64,000 nucleotides of DNA from a virus, in the IMG/VR virus record IMGVR_UViG_3300023174_000151, positions 8,114 to 72,113 of that record; one strand, written 5' to 3'. Made by a program: the position numbers and the translations under genes. Below are positions 1-10,056 of this stretch, one piece after another (the first letter of the stretch is position 1; each line of letters begins with the position of its first letter). A model generated the notes under the pieces. The model ran no database searches. It was not told the origin of the DNA and worked only from the letters and a program-made list of their open reading frames with translations.

Positions 1-53
1 AAAGTATCAATCAAATAATTAATCCTGCTCGTTCTTCTATTACAAAAGAAGAA

Positions 54-959
54 TTGTTTAATCAATTGTTTTCTCAAGCAAAACAAAAGTTTGCAATTGA
101 ACCTGGACCTATTGTTACAAGACAAAATAACGGTGACTTAACACAAGCTTTACATAAGTCTCAACAGTTTGCTCAACGTACATTGCAACAACACATTGAT
201 ACAGGAGCTTTAGAACTTGATCGTGTTCTTGGATCTATGGGAGTTCGTTCTAATCTATCTGGAACATTAAAGTATCCAACAATTAATTATGTATTAGAAC
301 CAGGTGTTCATTACAAACGCCAACATAAATTACCAGCAGACCAATCTCGTGCAACTGTTCAATCGCCTGGCATGATTCAAGAGTTTATAGGATTTAAAGA
401 TACGCCAATGATGGATTGGGATGTAGCTGGTCCTTATCATGCAGAACGCAATGCAACTATTAGACATTTAGGAGACGTAGAAGAACGCATTCAAAACTAT
501 TTAACACAAAGACCAGACGCAACAATTAAATTATATCAATCCCCAGGGGGGTATCGTGCCTTTGATTTAACAACAAGACAATCACCCATTCAATACAATT
601 CATCATTCGATTTATTAGATGTTGATCCAGACTATCGTATGATTTCACAACAGAAACCAGATGTTCTTAAATACGAAGGAACAATTCCTGTAAATGATAC
701 AGAGCGATTTAACGCTAGAATTAATCCTAAACTTAACCGTGTTGATTGGGTTGCTCAACCTATTGCATTAATCAAAGGAACACAATCTATTATTGATCCT
801 GAAAGCAGACGACGTGTAAGTGTATATCATGATGAACCTATTGAAAAAAATTTCTTAACAGGTCAAGCTCAAACAGCTGGCCTTGAAAAAGTAAAAGAAA
901 ATTTACCTACTGCATCACAATTTTTACAGCAACAAATTCGTTCTTATCTTGGTTTATAA
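54..959 (+). CDS. hypothetical protein
   Basis: 301-aa ORF with no recognised family; the TTG start is uncertain. Confidence 0.6.
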   Translation: MFNQLFSQAKQKFAIEPGPIVTRQNNGDLTQALHKSQQFAQRTLQQHIDTGALELDRVLGSMGVRSNLSGTLKYPTINYVLEPGVHYKRQHKLPADQSRATVQSPGMIQEFIGFKDTPMMDWDVAGPYHAERNATIRHLGDVEERIQNYLTQRPDATIKLYQSPGGYRAFDLTTRQSPIQYNSSFDLLDVDPDYRMISQQKPDVLKYEGTIPVNDTERFNARINPKLNRVDWVAQPIALIKGTQSIIDPESRRRVSVYHDEPIEKNFLTGQAQTAGLEKVKENLPTASQFLQQQIRSYLGL

Positions 960-1080
960 AATACAAAATGTAAGTTTAGTGATAAGAATATAATATTAAA
1001 TTGTTACATATTAATTATACTTGGCATTCAACATCCGTTGATGTAAGCCCAAGACATACGTTCACCTACTACACAACAAC

Positions 1081-1443
1081 ATGCAAATCCTTGCTGCCTT
1101 TAAACATCTCATTCCTGAATTCCATGCTTACTCCGATCAAGACAAGCGTTACAACCTTGGCGCTACCTGGACAGCACCTGATGGCCTACAAGACTTCCAC
1201 AATCTGGAGCTACGATACGTTCATAACTCTGAACGTCTTGCGCTCCAAGGGGATCCGCAGCCTGACGGTAGCTGGAGATACATTGAACCCAATGGTTCCG
1301 TGCATACCATCTCAGCTGAACGTGCAACTAAGTTTATGGATGACACCAATCGCCATGCCAATATCATGTGCGATATGTTAGATAAATTAAAAGAACATGG
1401 TCTAAGTTCTACTATTGTAACTACTAGCGCTACAGCAGCGTAA
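1081..1443 (+). CDS. hypothetical phage protein
   Basis: 120-aa ORF; ATG follows a CA-rich leader, with a TATACT -10-like box at about 1016-1021. Confidence 0.7.
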   Translation: MQILAAFKHLIPEFHAYSDQDKRYNLGATWTAPDGLQDFHNLELRYVHNSERLALQGDPQPDGSWRYIEPNGSVHTISAERATKFMDDTNRHANIMCDMLDKLKEHGLSSTIVTTSATAA

Positions 1444-1488
1444 CTTTCCTGTACACCTCATGCCCCTGCCTTAGCGGGGGCTTTACCT

Positions 1489-1881
1489 ATGACTGATACC
1501 ACCAGCCCTGAGTTCATTGATCTCAATCTTGTAGATCAAATTATGGAAGTTATTCCACCCTTAACCTGGCCCACAGTTCTTGATGGTGTAATCAACCAGA
1601 TCATTGATGCTATGCCTAGTGATGTTCTGTTAAGACTTACTGGAGATCCAATGGGTTTTGAAGAAGCCGAAAGAATTTTATTCTCATACTATGCAGAACC
1701 TGAGAGGGAGAAAAAAGATCTTATCCTTGATGCCTTTAGGTGTATAGGAGAAGAACAGCTTTGTTACTTTTTGGATTCATTAGATCTTGAAAAGTTAAAC
1801 AAACGTTTAGAACAACGTGCAGATACTGCGCCATGTTCTGTGGAAGAAACAAAAGAGTTCAATGACTTTTGGTTTGATTAG
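1489..1881 (+). CDS. hypothetical acidic protein
   Basis: 130-aa ORF in the same gene run. Confidence 0.7.
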   Translation: MTDTTSPEFIDLNLVDQIMEVIPPLTWPTVLDGVINQIIDAMPSDVLLRLTGDPMGFEEAERILFSYYAEPEREKKDLILDAFRCIGEEQLCYFLDSLDLEKLNKRLEQRADTAPCSVEETKEFNDFWFD

Positions 1882-1938
1882 TTTTGATGGACTTAGGATG
1901 TCCTTAAACTCAACTACATTCCATTACTACACAACACC

Positions 1939-2700
1939 ATGCAACTTCTTAAATTCAGCACAGGCAATGGCAAACTTTCTAATCGATTAATCTTTAATAT
2001 CCCAGCGGGGTACACGTGCCCACATGCTGGTGTATGTAAGACATTTGCTGACAAGACTACCGGTAAGATTACTGATCTACCACAGCTCACAGGTACAATT
2101 GCACCTGAGTTCAGATGCTTTGCTGCCATGGCAGAGACTAGACCTAATGTACGTGATGCACGTTGGTATAACTGGGATCTATTAAGAGAAGCTTTGTACT
2201 CAGGAGAGAATCAAGTCAATCAATTAAGTGCATTAATCAAATTGTCTTTGATTGTACAGACAGATATGAGTCTTATACGTATACATGAGAGTGGTGATTT
2301 TTGGACAGAGAAGTATATGGCAGCTTGGATTAAAGTTGCACAAGAAGATCCTGATACTACCTACTATGCCTACACTAAATCACTAGGTATGTGGCTTAGC
2401 TTGCGAGATAGTATACCTAATAACTTTATGTTGACCGCATCTGTGGGTGGCACACTTGACTACTTACTTCCTAAGTATCCGGATGTGTTTAAACGTATAG
2501 CTTATGTTGTATACACAGAAGAAGAGGCGGCTACACGTGGATTAGAGATAGACCATGACGATAGTCATTGTTTAGGAGATAAACCGTTTGCACTATTGGT
2601 GCATGGGTCCCAACGAGCAGGGTCTGACGCAAGTAAAGCACTTGCCAAACGAAAGAAGGATGGTGGTTTTGTTGGTTACAACAAGAAGAAAGTAGCATAA
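1939..2700 (+). CDS. gp88-like phage protein (Cys-rich, radical-SAM-like fold)
   Basis: N-terminal GNGKL, TCPHAGVC...CFA, RIHESGDF and YAYTKS motifs typical of gene product 88 proteins. Confidence 0.7.
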   Translation: MQLLKFSTGNGKLSNRLIFNIPAGYTCPHAGVCKTFADKTTGKITDLPQLTGTIAPEFRCFAAMAETRPNVRDARWYNWDLLREALYSGENQVNQLSALIKLSLIVQTDMSLIRIHESGDFWTEKYMAAWIKVAQEDPDTTYYAYTKSLGMWLSLRDSIPNNFMLTASVGGTLDYLLPKYPDVFKRIAYVVYTEEEAATRGLEIDHDDSHCLGDKPFALLVHGSQRAGSDASKALAKRKKDGGFVGYNKKKVA

Positions 2701-2703
2701 AGG

Positions 2704-2731
2704 TTGCGTTCTAACTAAAGGTGTGTACTAT
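2704..2731 (+). promoter_or_regulatory. sigma70-like promoter overlapped by an inverted repeat
   Basis: TTGCGT-N16-TACTAT upstream of the 2757 ORF and the polymerase; AAGGTGTG/CACACCTT repeat at about 2718-2746. Confidence 0.4.
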
Positions 2732-2756
2732 GCTGGTGCACACCTTCAACTAGTTT

Positions 2757-2990
2757 ATGTCCTACGTTATTGCAACCTGGAAAGACAACAAACCATATGC
2801 CATCCATTCCAATATGGAGGCTATGCAATTTGAACTAATACCACTAGACTCACAAGGCGCAATCAATAGAATGTATTCCAACCCACATCGGGCTGGTGCA
2901 CAACAAATCTTGACATGGATTAAAAGCAATGACACAAAACTTAACAGTGAAGACCTCAAAATTTGTGATGAGTCCCAGTTCCGCAAATGA
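2757..2990 (+). CDS. hypothetical protein
   Basis: 77-aa ORF directly upstream of the polymerase. Confidence 0.6.
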   Translation: MSYVIATWKDNKPYAIHSNMEAMQFELIPLDSQGAINRMYSNPHRAGAQQILTWIKSNDTKLNSEDLKICDESQFRK

Positions 2991-5574
2991 ATGTTGGCTT
3001 ATCTTTGATATAGAAACTGACGGATTTTATGATCAAGCTACTAAAACATTCTGCATTGTCATCTATGATGTCACGCGAGCAGAAACTTTTGCTTATGGGC
3101 CTGATCGCATTGATGATGCTATTGCTTATCTGGCAACCGCTGATGTTCTTATAGGACACAACATAATCTTTTATGATCTCCCTGTCCTCCAAAAGCTACA
3201 TTCATTTGTCGCCAAAGCACGCATCATTGATACGCTCATATGTACACGCATCATTTGGCCTAAAGAAAAACTCTATGACCTTGACATAGAACAGTATCCA
3301 AATGTACCAGCGAAGATAAGAGGTAATGCATCACTTAAAGCTTGGGGTTGGCGTCTTGCTGATAACAAGATTGACTTCAAAGACTTCTCTGAATACTCAG
3401 AGGAGATGCTTATGTACTGTAAACAAGATGTCCAAGTAACACTAAAGTTATATAAGCATATTGTGAAGGAGAAGTATCCTGAATCAGCGCTTAGACTTGA
3501 GCACGACTTCGCACTTGCAATTAATAAACAGATTAGAGCCGGTGTTCCATTTGATGTGGACGCCTGTCTTGATCTAGTAGATAACCTTAGAAAAAAGAAA
3601 GTAGAACTAGAAGAACAATTAAAACAAATTTTTCCACCTATTAAACATAAGACTTGGTTTACACCTAAGGTGAATAATACTGCCCGTGGTTATGTGAAAG
3701 ACGTACCATTTGAAAAAACAATAATAGAAGAATTCAACCCTGGTTCACGTAAGCAAATTGTTGAGCGACTCAAGAGTAAGTATGGGTGGGAACCAGAGAA
3801 GACAACAGAGAAAGGTAATCCAATTCTTGATGATGAAGTAATTGAAAAGTTACCATACTCAGAGGCTAAACCTTTAGCTGAATACATGTTAATTAAAAAA
3901 CGTTTAGGGCAAATAGAAGATGGTAACAACGCTTGGCTCAAGCTTGTTAATAACAACACTGGTCGTATGCACGGTGATGTTATTACTAACGGTTGTATTA
4001 CTGGTCGTGCAAGTCATCGTCATCCCAACATGGGTCAAGTCCCTGCTGGTTATTCACCTTATGGTAAAGAGTGTCGTGCGTTATTTCATGCGCCCCAAGG
4101 ATGGGACATGATTGGTATAGATGCCAAGGCTTTGGAGCTGCGTTGTCTTGCTGGTTACTTAGCTTATTGGGATCAAGGTGAATATGCCAAGCTTGTTATT
4201 AATCCTGAATCAGATATACATACCATTAACCAAAAGTTATTTGGTGTAGAAACCAGGGATATAGCTAAGCGTTTACTTTATGCTTGTGTTCCTACTGATA
4301 TAACAACAGTGCTTACAAAAGAAGGATGGAAAACATATGATGAATTAAAGGTTGGTCAATTAGTTTTAACTTACAACGAAGAAAAAGAAATAAAAGAATG
4401 GAAGCCTATTCTTGAAATCATACTTGAACATGAAGATGATGTTTGGCAAATGCAACATAATCATTCATTCAAAGTACAAGCTACCGCTGACCATCGGTGG
4501 TATGTAAAGAAACGTAAACGTAATAGAAATGTATCTTGCGGTTGGAGCACGGGTAAAAATTATATGGTGTCTAAAGTTGAAACAACAACAGAAATAAATA
4601 CTGAATCTAATATTATTGTTAATGCCCTATTAGTTGAACCTGAATCTTTGCCAATTGACATTGATTGGAAGTGGCAAAAATATGGTACAGATTGGACTAA
4701 AGTTATTTTAAAAATGAACCAAGCCCAACGTAAAGCTTGGCTATCTGGATTCATAATTGCTGATGGCTTTCAATCATGTAAACCAGATCAAAAAGAGAAA
4801 TGGCATTGGACACAAATACGTAATGAACATTATGAAGCAGCTTTAGTTGCTTCTTATCTGGAATTTCCAGGGGTAATACATGTTGCTAAGCCATCACTCA
4901 ATGCTAGTGGTACTACACAAATGCATGTGAGCATTGCAAATAAAGGTCATGTTACTGGACAAAAATTACAAAAGACTTATATAGGAAAGAAGAATGTATT
5001 TTGTATACGTACCGAAAATAAATCTTTTGTTATGCGCCAAGGGGATTGTATTACCATTACAGGAAATTGTTTATATGGTGCAGGTTCTTTGAAGATGGGA
5101 GGAATTATTAATCCGCATGAAAAAGATGAAACAGTTTTGCGTAATCTAGGAAAAACTGCAATGAATTTATTCCTTAAAGGTGTGCCTGCATTAGCTGAAC
5201 TTAAAACAAAGATTGAGAGTTACATTTTGACTCGTCAACATTTAATTGGTCTTGACAAACGTGTCTTGTATTGTCGTTCACCTTTTAAAGGTTTGAATGT
5301 GTTGTTACAATCAGCAGGTGCAATCCTAATGAAACAAGTTGTAATAACAATACATAAGAACATCGAAACAAACTTGTCCTTACCCCATGGTCAGGAGTGG
5401 GAACAAGTCTTGATGGTGCATGATGAAGTTCAATTGGTTTGCAACCCTAAATATACAGAACAGATTAGAGAACAAGCTATGCTTGCCTTCCCTCAAGCAC
5501 AGGAATTCTTTGAGTTCCTTTGTCTTATAGAAGGAGATTCTCGTGTAGGATCTGACTGGTCAGCGACACACTGA
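2929..5574 (+). CDS. polA: family A (T7 gp5-like) DNA polymerase with 3'-5' exonuclease, intein-containing
   Basis: ExoI FDIETDG, ExoII GHNIIFYD, ExoIII YCKQDV; TGRASH; motif A DAKALELR; motif B RDIAKRLLYA/CLYGAG split by an intein; motif C VHDE. The true start may be the ATG near 2968. Confidence 0.95.
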   Translation: MTQNLTVKTSKFVMSPSSANECWLIFDIETDGFYDQATKTFCIVIYDVTRAETFAYGPDRIDDAIAYLATADVLIGHNIIFYDLPVLQKLHSFVAKARIIDTLICTRIIWPKEKLYDLDIEQYPNVPAKIRGNASLKAWGWRLADNKIDFKDFSEYSEEMLMYCKQDVQVTLKLYKHIVKEKYPESALRLEHDFALAINKQIRAGVPFDVDACLDLVDNLRKKKVELEEQLKQIFPPIKHKTWFTPKVNNTARGYVKDVPFEKTIIEEFNPGSRKQIVERLKSKYGWEPEKTTEKGNPILDDEVIEKLPYSEAKPLAEYMLIKKRLGQIEDGNNAWLKLVNNNTGRMHGDVITNGCITGRASHRHPNMGQVPAGYSPYGKECRALFHAPQGWDMIGIDAKALELRCLAGYLAYWDQGEYAKLVINPESDIHTINQKLFGVETRDIAKRLLYACVPTDITTVLTKEGWKTYDELKVGQLVLTYNEEKEIKEWKPILEIILEHEDDVWQMQHNHSFKVQATADHRWYVKKRKRNRNVSCGWSTGKNYMVSKVETTTEINTESNIIVNALLVEPESLPIDIDWKWQKYGTDWTKVILKMNQAQRKAWLSGFIIADGFQSCKPDQKEKWHWTQIRNEHYEAALVASYLEFPGVIHVAKPSLNASGTTQMHVSIANKGHVTGQKLQKTYIGKKNVFCIRTENKSFVMRQGDCITITGNCLYGAGSLKMGGIINPHEKDETVLRNLGKTAMNLFLKGVPALAELKTKIESYILTRQHLIGLDKRVLYCRSPFKGLNVLLQSAGAILMKQVVITIHKNIETNLSLPHGQEWEQVLMVHDEVQLVCNPKYTEQIREQAMLAFPQAQEFFEFLCLIEGDSRVGSDWSATH
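4285..5067 (+). mobile_element. intein (261 aa) in polymerase motif B
   Basis: Starts CVPTDITTVLTKEGWK; block B TADHRW; one LAGLIDADG-like WLSGFIIADG; ends ITITGN before Cys+1. Removing it restores AKRLLYACLYGAG. Confidence 0.9.
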
Positions 5575-5579
5575 TTAAC

Positions 5580-5608
5580 CGTCCTCCGAGTATGACGTTA
5601 AACTGCTC
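5580..5608 (+). promoter_or_regulatory. candidate H-type pseudoknot leader, copy upstream of ssb
   Basis: CGTC/GACG stem 1, GAGTA/TGCTC stem 2, TTAAAC linker; related copies at 6654, 10057 and 1889. Confidence 0.55.
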
Positions 5609-5631
5609 TACCACCTAACCCCTGACATCAA

Positions 5632-6435
5632 ATGAATTATGTTGACGCATGCGCTGTACTGAACGAGACTCCTCGTGAGGTATTCACCAGTGCCACTTCA
5701 TCCAATCTGTGTGCGGAAGTTATCCTTCCACCTGCAGGAAACAAATCTCCAACTCACATCAAACTTCATGTTTACGGAAAAGCTTGCGACAAGTTTAAGG
5801 ACCTACCCAAGGGAACACGGATCTACATACATGGCTCGAAGCTACGGCATGATCTGGACACCCGTACGCACTCACTACATGGTGGAGTTATCGCTGCGGT
5901 TACTGAATCATTCCCGATCTTTAACGATGTCATCCTCACCGGAAGATGTGTAAAAGACATTGATGAAAAAGATCCGCGTTCATTTAGAACTACACCAGAA
6001 GGTTTGATGATTTGTAATCAAACACTTGCTGTTAACACAGGACGTAATCAGTCTGATCTGTTTAACTTCTCTGCTATTAACAGTGCACAAGATAAGTTAA
6101 ATCAAGCTGAACTACTTGCAAACTTCACACGTAAAGGAACAGGACTTACAATCCGTGGTCGTTTAGTAACCGATTCGTGGATTGATAAAGACACCAAAGA
6201 AAAACGTGCGTATGTAAAAATTCAATTAGTACAAATGACTCTTGCACCTAAGGTAACTTCTAGTTCAACAGAACCAGTGGCACCTAAGCCACAAACACAA
6301 GTAGCTAGCACAGGTCCGACCTTGTCAGATCCAGTGGAAACTGCTAGTCTTTGGGGCACAACCAGTGTTGGATTACCTGATCTACCTGGTGTGTATTCAG
6401 CTCCTACTTTCAACGAATCTGAACCTCCCTTCTGA
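5632..6435 (+). CDS. ssb: single-stranded DNA-binding protein with two OB-fold-like repeats
   Basis: NDVILTGR, KGTGLTIRGRLVTDSW and an acidic/aromatic tail (NESEPPF); the N-terminal half has a similar LPKGTRIYIHG segment. Confidence 0.8.
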   Translation: MNYVDACAVLNETPREVFTSATSSNLCAEVILPPAGNKSPTHIKLHVYGKACDKFKDLPKGTRIYIHGSKLRHDLDTRTHSLHGGVIAAVTESFPIFNDVILTGRCVKDIDEKDPRSFRTTPEGLMICNQTLAVNTGRNQSDLFNFSAINSAQDKLNQAELLANFTRKGTGLTIRGRLVTDSWIDKDTKEKRAYVKIQLVQMTLAPKVTSSSTEPVAPKPQTQVASTGPTLSDPVETASLWGTTSVGLPDLPGVYSAPTFNESEPPF

Positions 6436-6638
6436 TGACTACTACACACAACCAGTTCACTTTCTTATATGAAGATGGTGAAGACCGAATCTTGTACGAA
6501 TTTAAAGCAGTAACTACTGATGAAATTATGCATAGGTTTACAGACTTTTTAAAAGGTTGTGGACATTATGACGCTTCCATCTTAAATAGCATGGAAGAAA
6601 TGGTTGAAGAGTACCGAACACATGGATCTCCTATTTGA
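6435..6638 (+). CDS. hypothetical protein
   Basis: 67 aa; FTDFLKGCG motif common in small phage proteins; TGATG coupling to ssb. Confidence 0.65.
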   Translation: MTTTHNQFTFLYEDGEDRILYEFKAVTTDEIMHRFTDFLKGCGHYDASILNSMEEMVEEYRTHGSPI

Positions 6639-6653
6639 TTCTATTTAAGATTG

Positions 6654-6679
6654 ACGTCGAGCTGGACGTTAAACGTAGC
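6654..6679 (+). promoter_or_regulatory. candidate pseudoknot leader, copy 2
   Basis: ACGTC/GACGT and GCTG/TAGC with a TAAAC linker; ATG at 6702. Confidence 0.45.
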
Positions 6680-6701
6680 ATTCCTGTCCTCTGAATTTAC
6701 T

Positions 6702-7745
6702 ATGATTGCTCTCATGGCTACTAAGAAAACCACCTCAAGCGGGAGTGATAACTCCTCTTCTCTGGTATCTAAGAGGAGTCTTGACTCCTTTCGGATGTTC
6801 CAGTCCAAAGAATTTGTTTCTGGCTACCAGAATCTAGTTACCATTCAACCGTTAAACAAATCTAAAACACGTGGTTGGTTTGTTCGCAAGTCCGACTTGG
6901 ATACCTGTGGATGGACTGCTACTGAAGATCAGTTTGCAAATGGTTCTGTTATCTGGGACTATAAACAAACCTTTGGTATGGCACCAAATACTTCCATTGA
7001 AGAAGGGTTAAACTTCATTGAGCCTCGTCTGCAGATACTCTTGCGCTCTCCACTTATGGTGGAAGAGACTAGCGGTATGCGTCAGACAATTGGTACCTTT
7101 GAAGATCCAGAAGTAAAGCAGATGTTCGATAACGATCGTCTTGCTGCTGAACTGGAGAACAGCAAAGGTAACATGTACAAACGTAAGTACAGCGTACGTA
7201 CAAAATACCTTGTGTATGTCTTAACTCAAGACAACAGAAGGGCGCATAAGATTCCAATGGTCCTTACTCTTAAGGGCTTAAATGGAACTGATGTCAGCGA
7301 TAAAGTTAAGCTTTATGAAAAAGAAATGTCTAAATGCCTTAGCAAAGCATTAGACTCTGAAATCCCTTTGGCATTCAATGAAAAGTTCTATGCCACTACA
7401 GTGTTTACTCCCCTCTTGGCTAACGAGATGCGTGGTGCAAACAATGTAGAAATCTGTGCCATTGAAAGTTTTGAGATTCCTGATTACAGTTCGCAAGAAA
7501 TTGCAATCGAATCTTTAAGTAACATGTCGATTCCTGATGAAGATCGTGAATCTACATGGAAGATGCAAGGAATATTTGAAGACTACATCAACCAACATGC
7601 TCGTCAGGATGCCAAGAAACTTGGTGGTGCCTACGGTATTGCAGAAGGTGTAGAGATTCTACCTGTCTCACGTTCCGGTAACACAGTTGACGTAAAGGTT
7701 CTACCTGCACGCAATGAAATTACTGGTGAAGACGACAGCCTTTAA
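6702..7745 (+). CDS. conserved hypothetical protein, replication module
   Basis: Long ORF (track 6651-7745); ATG at 6702 preferred; acidic C-terminus. Confidence 0.7.
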   Translation: MIALMATKKTTSSGSDNSSSLVSKRSLDSFRMFQSKEFVSGYQNLVTIQPLNKSKTRGWFVRKSDLDTCGWTATEDQFANGSVIWDYKQTFGMAPNTSIEEGLNFIEPRLQILLRSPLMVEETSGMRQTIGTFEDPEVKQMFDNDRLAAELENSKGNMYKRKYSVRTKYLVYVLTQDNRRAHKIPMVLTLKGLNGTDVSDKVKLYEKEMSKCLSKALDSEIPLAFNEKFYATTVFTPLLANEMRGANNVEICAIESFEIPDYSSQEIAIESLSNMSIPDEDRESTWKMQGIFEDYINQHARQDAKKLGGAYGIAEGVEILPVSRSGNTVDVKVLPARNEITGEDDSL

Positions 7746-7758
7746 TTAAACCAAACTT

Positions 7759-7786
7759 AGGGTCAGCATTTATGCTGGCCCTTTTT
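7759..7786 (+). terminator. intrinsic terminator
   Basis: AGGGTCAGCA-TTTA-TGCTGGCCCT followed by TTTT. Confidence 0.65.
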
Positions 7787-7800
7787 CACATCTACTTACA

Positions 7801-8181
7801 ATGACCCAACAATTTTCTCAAGCACAACTCAATCACATGAAAGAACTAAGGGAATCAGGTAACAGTCAACGTACTGTTGCAACAATGTACAACTGCCATC
7901 GAAAGACTATCTACTATTGGGAGTCACGTGCTTTTGTACTAACTAACAATTCAATAATGTTCCAGACTCAAGGTCGTTATCGTTCTAACTCAAAGTACTT
8001 TGTTCAACAAGAAGAGCTTGACAGAATGAAAAAACTAAGGGAGCAAGGTATGACCCAGGAAGTGGTGGCTGGTTTGCTGGGACGTACAAGAGCTACAGTT
8101 CGTCATTGGGAACGTCGTTCATTCCTTTTGGATGATAAGCTTCCTGCATCAGATCCAGTGAATCCTTCACTAGTCCCTTGA
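7801..8181 (+). CDS. tandem helix-turn-helix DNA-binding protein
   Basis: Two repeats: MKELRESGNSQRTVA...TIYYWE and MKKLREQGMTQEVVA...TVRHWE. Confidence 0.8.
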   Translation: MTQQFSQAQLNHMKELRESGNSQRTVATMYNCHRKTIYYWESRAFVLTNNSIMFQTQGRYRSNSKYFVQQEELDRMKKLREQGMTQEVVAGLLGRTRATVRHWERRSFLLDDKLPASDPVNPSLVP

Positions 8182-8323
8182 TTACAACTTGCCTTGTTGT
8201 TGCAATCTTGGTAAGTAACACTGCCATTTCTCGTAACTCAGCGATAGATGAGCAGTCGTTAATTTGTCGAGTCATCTTCTCTTGCCAGAACATATCTTCT
8301 GGCGACAGTATAAATTGCAACAT
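8093..8323 (-). CDS. hypothetical protein
   Basis: 76-aa helical ORF overlapping the end of the HTH gene. Confidence 0.45.
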   Translation of the reverse strand: MLQFILSPEDMFWQEKMTRQINDCSSIAELREMAVLLTKIATTRQVVIKGLVKDSLDLMQEAYHPKGMNDVPNDEL

Positions 8324-8367
8324 TAGCCACTACTCAATTACTAATCCTCATTGTAACCTCTTGAACC

Positions 8368-9315
8368 ATGACTACTACAGCAACACATACTGAACTTAAT
8401 GCAGCACAAACAACCATCTACACGCGAACAAATATATTGCGTGCGTTTCCAGACTTCGATGACTCTGGCGTGGTTGGTATTTACCTGCGAGGTGACTCTT
8501 GTCTTGTTGTGTATCGCGATGGTACTGAACGGTTGTATCCAAAGGATGCAATTAAAACAACTTTCATTTCCTATACGCACAGACTCAAGGACTTCTTTTC
8601 ATACCTTGGACCTAATTACAGGGGGCCAAGTATCTGGCACGATAACTCTTACATCCTATTCAAAGGCTGGAACTACAGTCACACACTTGGACACTTAAAT
8701 GACAATGCAAAACTACAAGGCCAATGGGCAGATAAGTTCATTCGTCTTACTGATCCAACAAAACTTAAGGCGTTGCTTCAGTCAGAGCACACAGACCTTG
8801 GGCATTTGGTTGCACCGGACGGGTTGCGGCTTCCAGATCGGCTCCCTGATTTGGACTCTGAGTTGGAGACAGTGCAAGAAGAACGGCCCATGTTTGGCGA
8901 ACCTAACTGCTCATGTGGGTCCTTTCAACGTCAGCTCAACAACCTACCTTTGTTCCAACAAGAGATCGAAGGATTCAAACCACACTGCATCCACTTAACT
9001 TGGATTGCTAAATACAGAAGCCTACTATCCAAACGCACTGAGGCACGTGACGCATGTCCTGCTGGTGTCCCACACACTTGTGTTGCTTGGTGGTACCAGC
9101 CTCCTATGAATCATACCAGTGATGGTCGTTTCCTTTTACTACACACTAAGTCTGGGGTGCAAGCGCCCCTTAGCCATTGGCGTACTTACAAACCTAAAGA
9201 ATCATTTACTCAGCGTCATGCTTGGGATCTATTCTTTAGTATGCTTGATGCAGGCTACGTACCATTCCCTGGTACCTCACTACCTCAACTAAGGATGGCT
9301 TTTAAACATGACTAA
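8368..9315 (+). CDS. SWIM zinc-finger-containing protein
   Basis: CSCGSF...PHCIH (CxC-Xn-CxH). Confidence 0.65.
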   Translation: MTTTATHTELNAAQTTIYTRTNILRAFPDFDDSGVVGIYLRGDSCLVVYRDGTERLYPKDAIKTTFISYTHRLKDFFSYLGPNYRGPSIWHDNSYILFKGWNYSHTLGHLNDNAKLQGQWADKFIRLTDPTKLKALLQSEHTDLGHLVAPDGLRLPDRLPDLDSELETVQEERPMFGEPNCSCGSFQRQLNNLPLFQQEIEGFKPHCIHLTWIAKYRSLLSKRTEARDACPAGVPHTCVAWWYQPPMNHTSDGRFLLLHTKSGVQAPLSHWRTYKPKESFTQRHAWDLFFSMLDAGYVPFPGTSLPQLRMAFKHD

Positions 9316-9474
9316 TCCAAATGCATGGCTTACCAAACTAGCCAGCGCCATGTTTGGGATCTATTATTTAATATGCTTGATGCAGGCTATGTACCATTCC
9401 CTGGTACCTCACTACCTCAACTAAGGATGGCTTTTAAACATGACTAATCCAAATGCATGGCTTACCAAACTAGC
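9211..9474 (+). repeat. 132-bp tandem duplication
   Basis: 9211-9342 repeated at 9343-9474 with 5 substitutions, all in the first 50 nt. Confidence 0.95.
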
Positions 9475-9634
9475 CATTGATATTACAGAAGAAGACAATA
9501 GTCCCTGTCTAATGAAAATTGACTGGGACGAAACTGATCCAGAGCTTGACTACTGGAGTAACCTAAGCCAAGAGGGTAAAGAAACCCTTATCCACAATCT
9601 CCTCAACCCTGACGGTACTCACCATGACCATTGA
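9440..9634 (+). CDS. hypothetical protein
   Basis: 64-aa ORF starting in the second repeat copy. Confidence 0.6.
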   Translation: MTNPNAWLTKLAIDITEEDNSPCLMKIDWDETDPELDYWSNLSQEGKETLIHNLLNPDGTHHDH

Positions 9635-10028
9635 TGCATACGGACTTCCATTTGAACAATACGAAGATTTTTTTTCAAGCAATGCAGCCAATCTAATTGA
9701 AACGTATATTGCAACACATAAGTATTTTACAGAAGCAATAAAAGAAGTATATGGAGAAACTGCTACATATGTTCCAGTAGATTCTCCTGTCTTCTTGGAA
9801 CTATTCAATGGGCTTGTTTATGAGACGAATAATGAATGTCGTCGTTACCAAAAGAAAAACAATCCTGAAGCTATGAAAGACGTTAGGTTAAGTCCTGATT
9901 TATTTGGTAATGATGAACTTCTTGATCAAATAAAAAAAGTCAATCAAAAAATAGATGATCTGCTTGAAGTCTTTATTATTGCACCACCAAACCTACCTCC
10001 TAATATCACAGGAGACACGGAGGGGTGA
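9624..10028 (+). CDS. hypothetical protein
   Basis: 134-aa ORF. Confidence 0.65.
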   Translation: MTIDAYGLPFEQYEDFFSSNAANLIETYIATHKYFTEAIKEVYGETATYVPVDSPVFLELFNGLVYETNNECRRYQKKNNPEAMKDVRLSPDLFGNDELLDQIKKVNQKIDDLLEVFIIAPPNLPPNITGDTEG

Positions 10029-10056
10029 GTAGACTCCTGTTGTTCATGTGAGGAAC

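Noticed and set aside
9211-9474. DGR template/variable repeat pair
   Set aside because: The differences are not adenine-specific and no reverse transcriptase is in the window.
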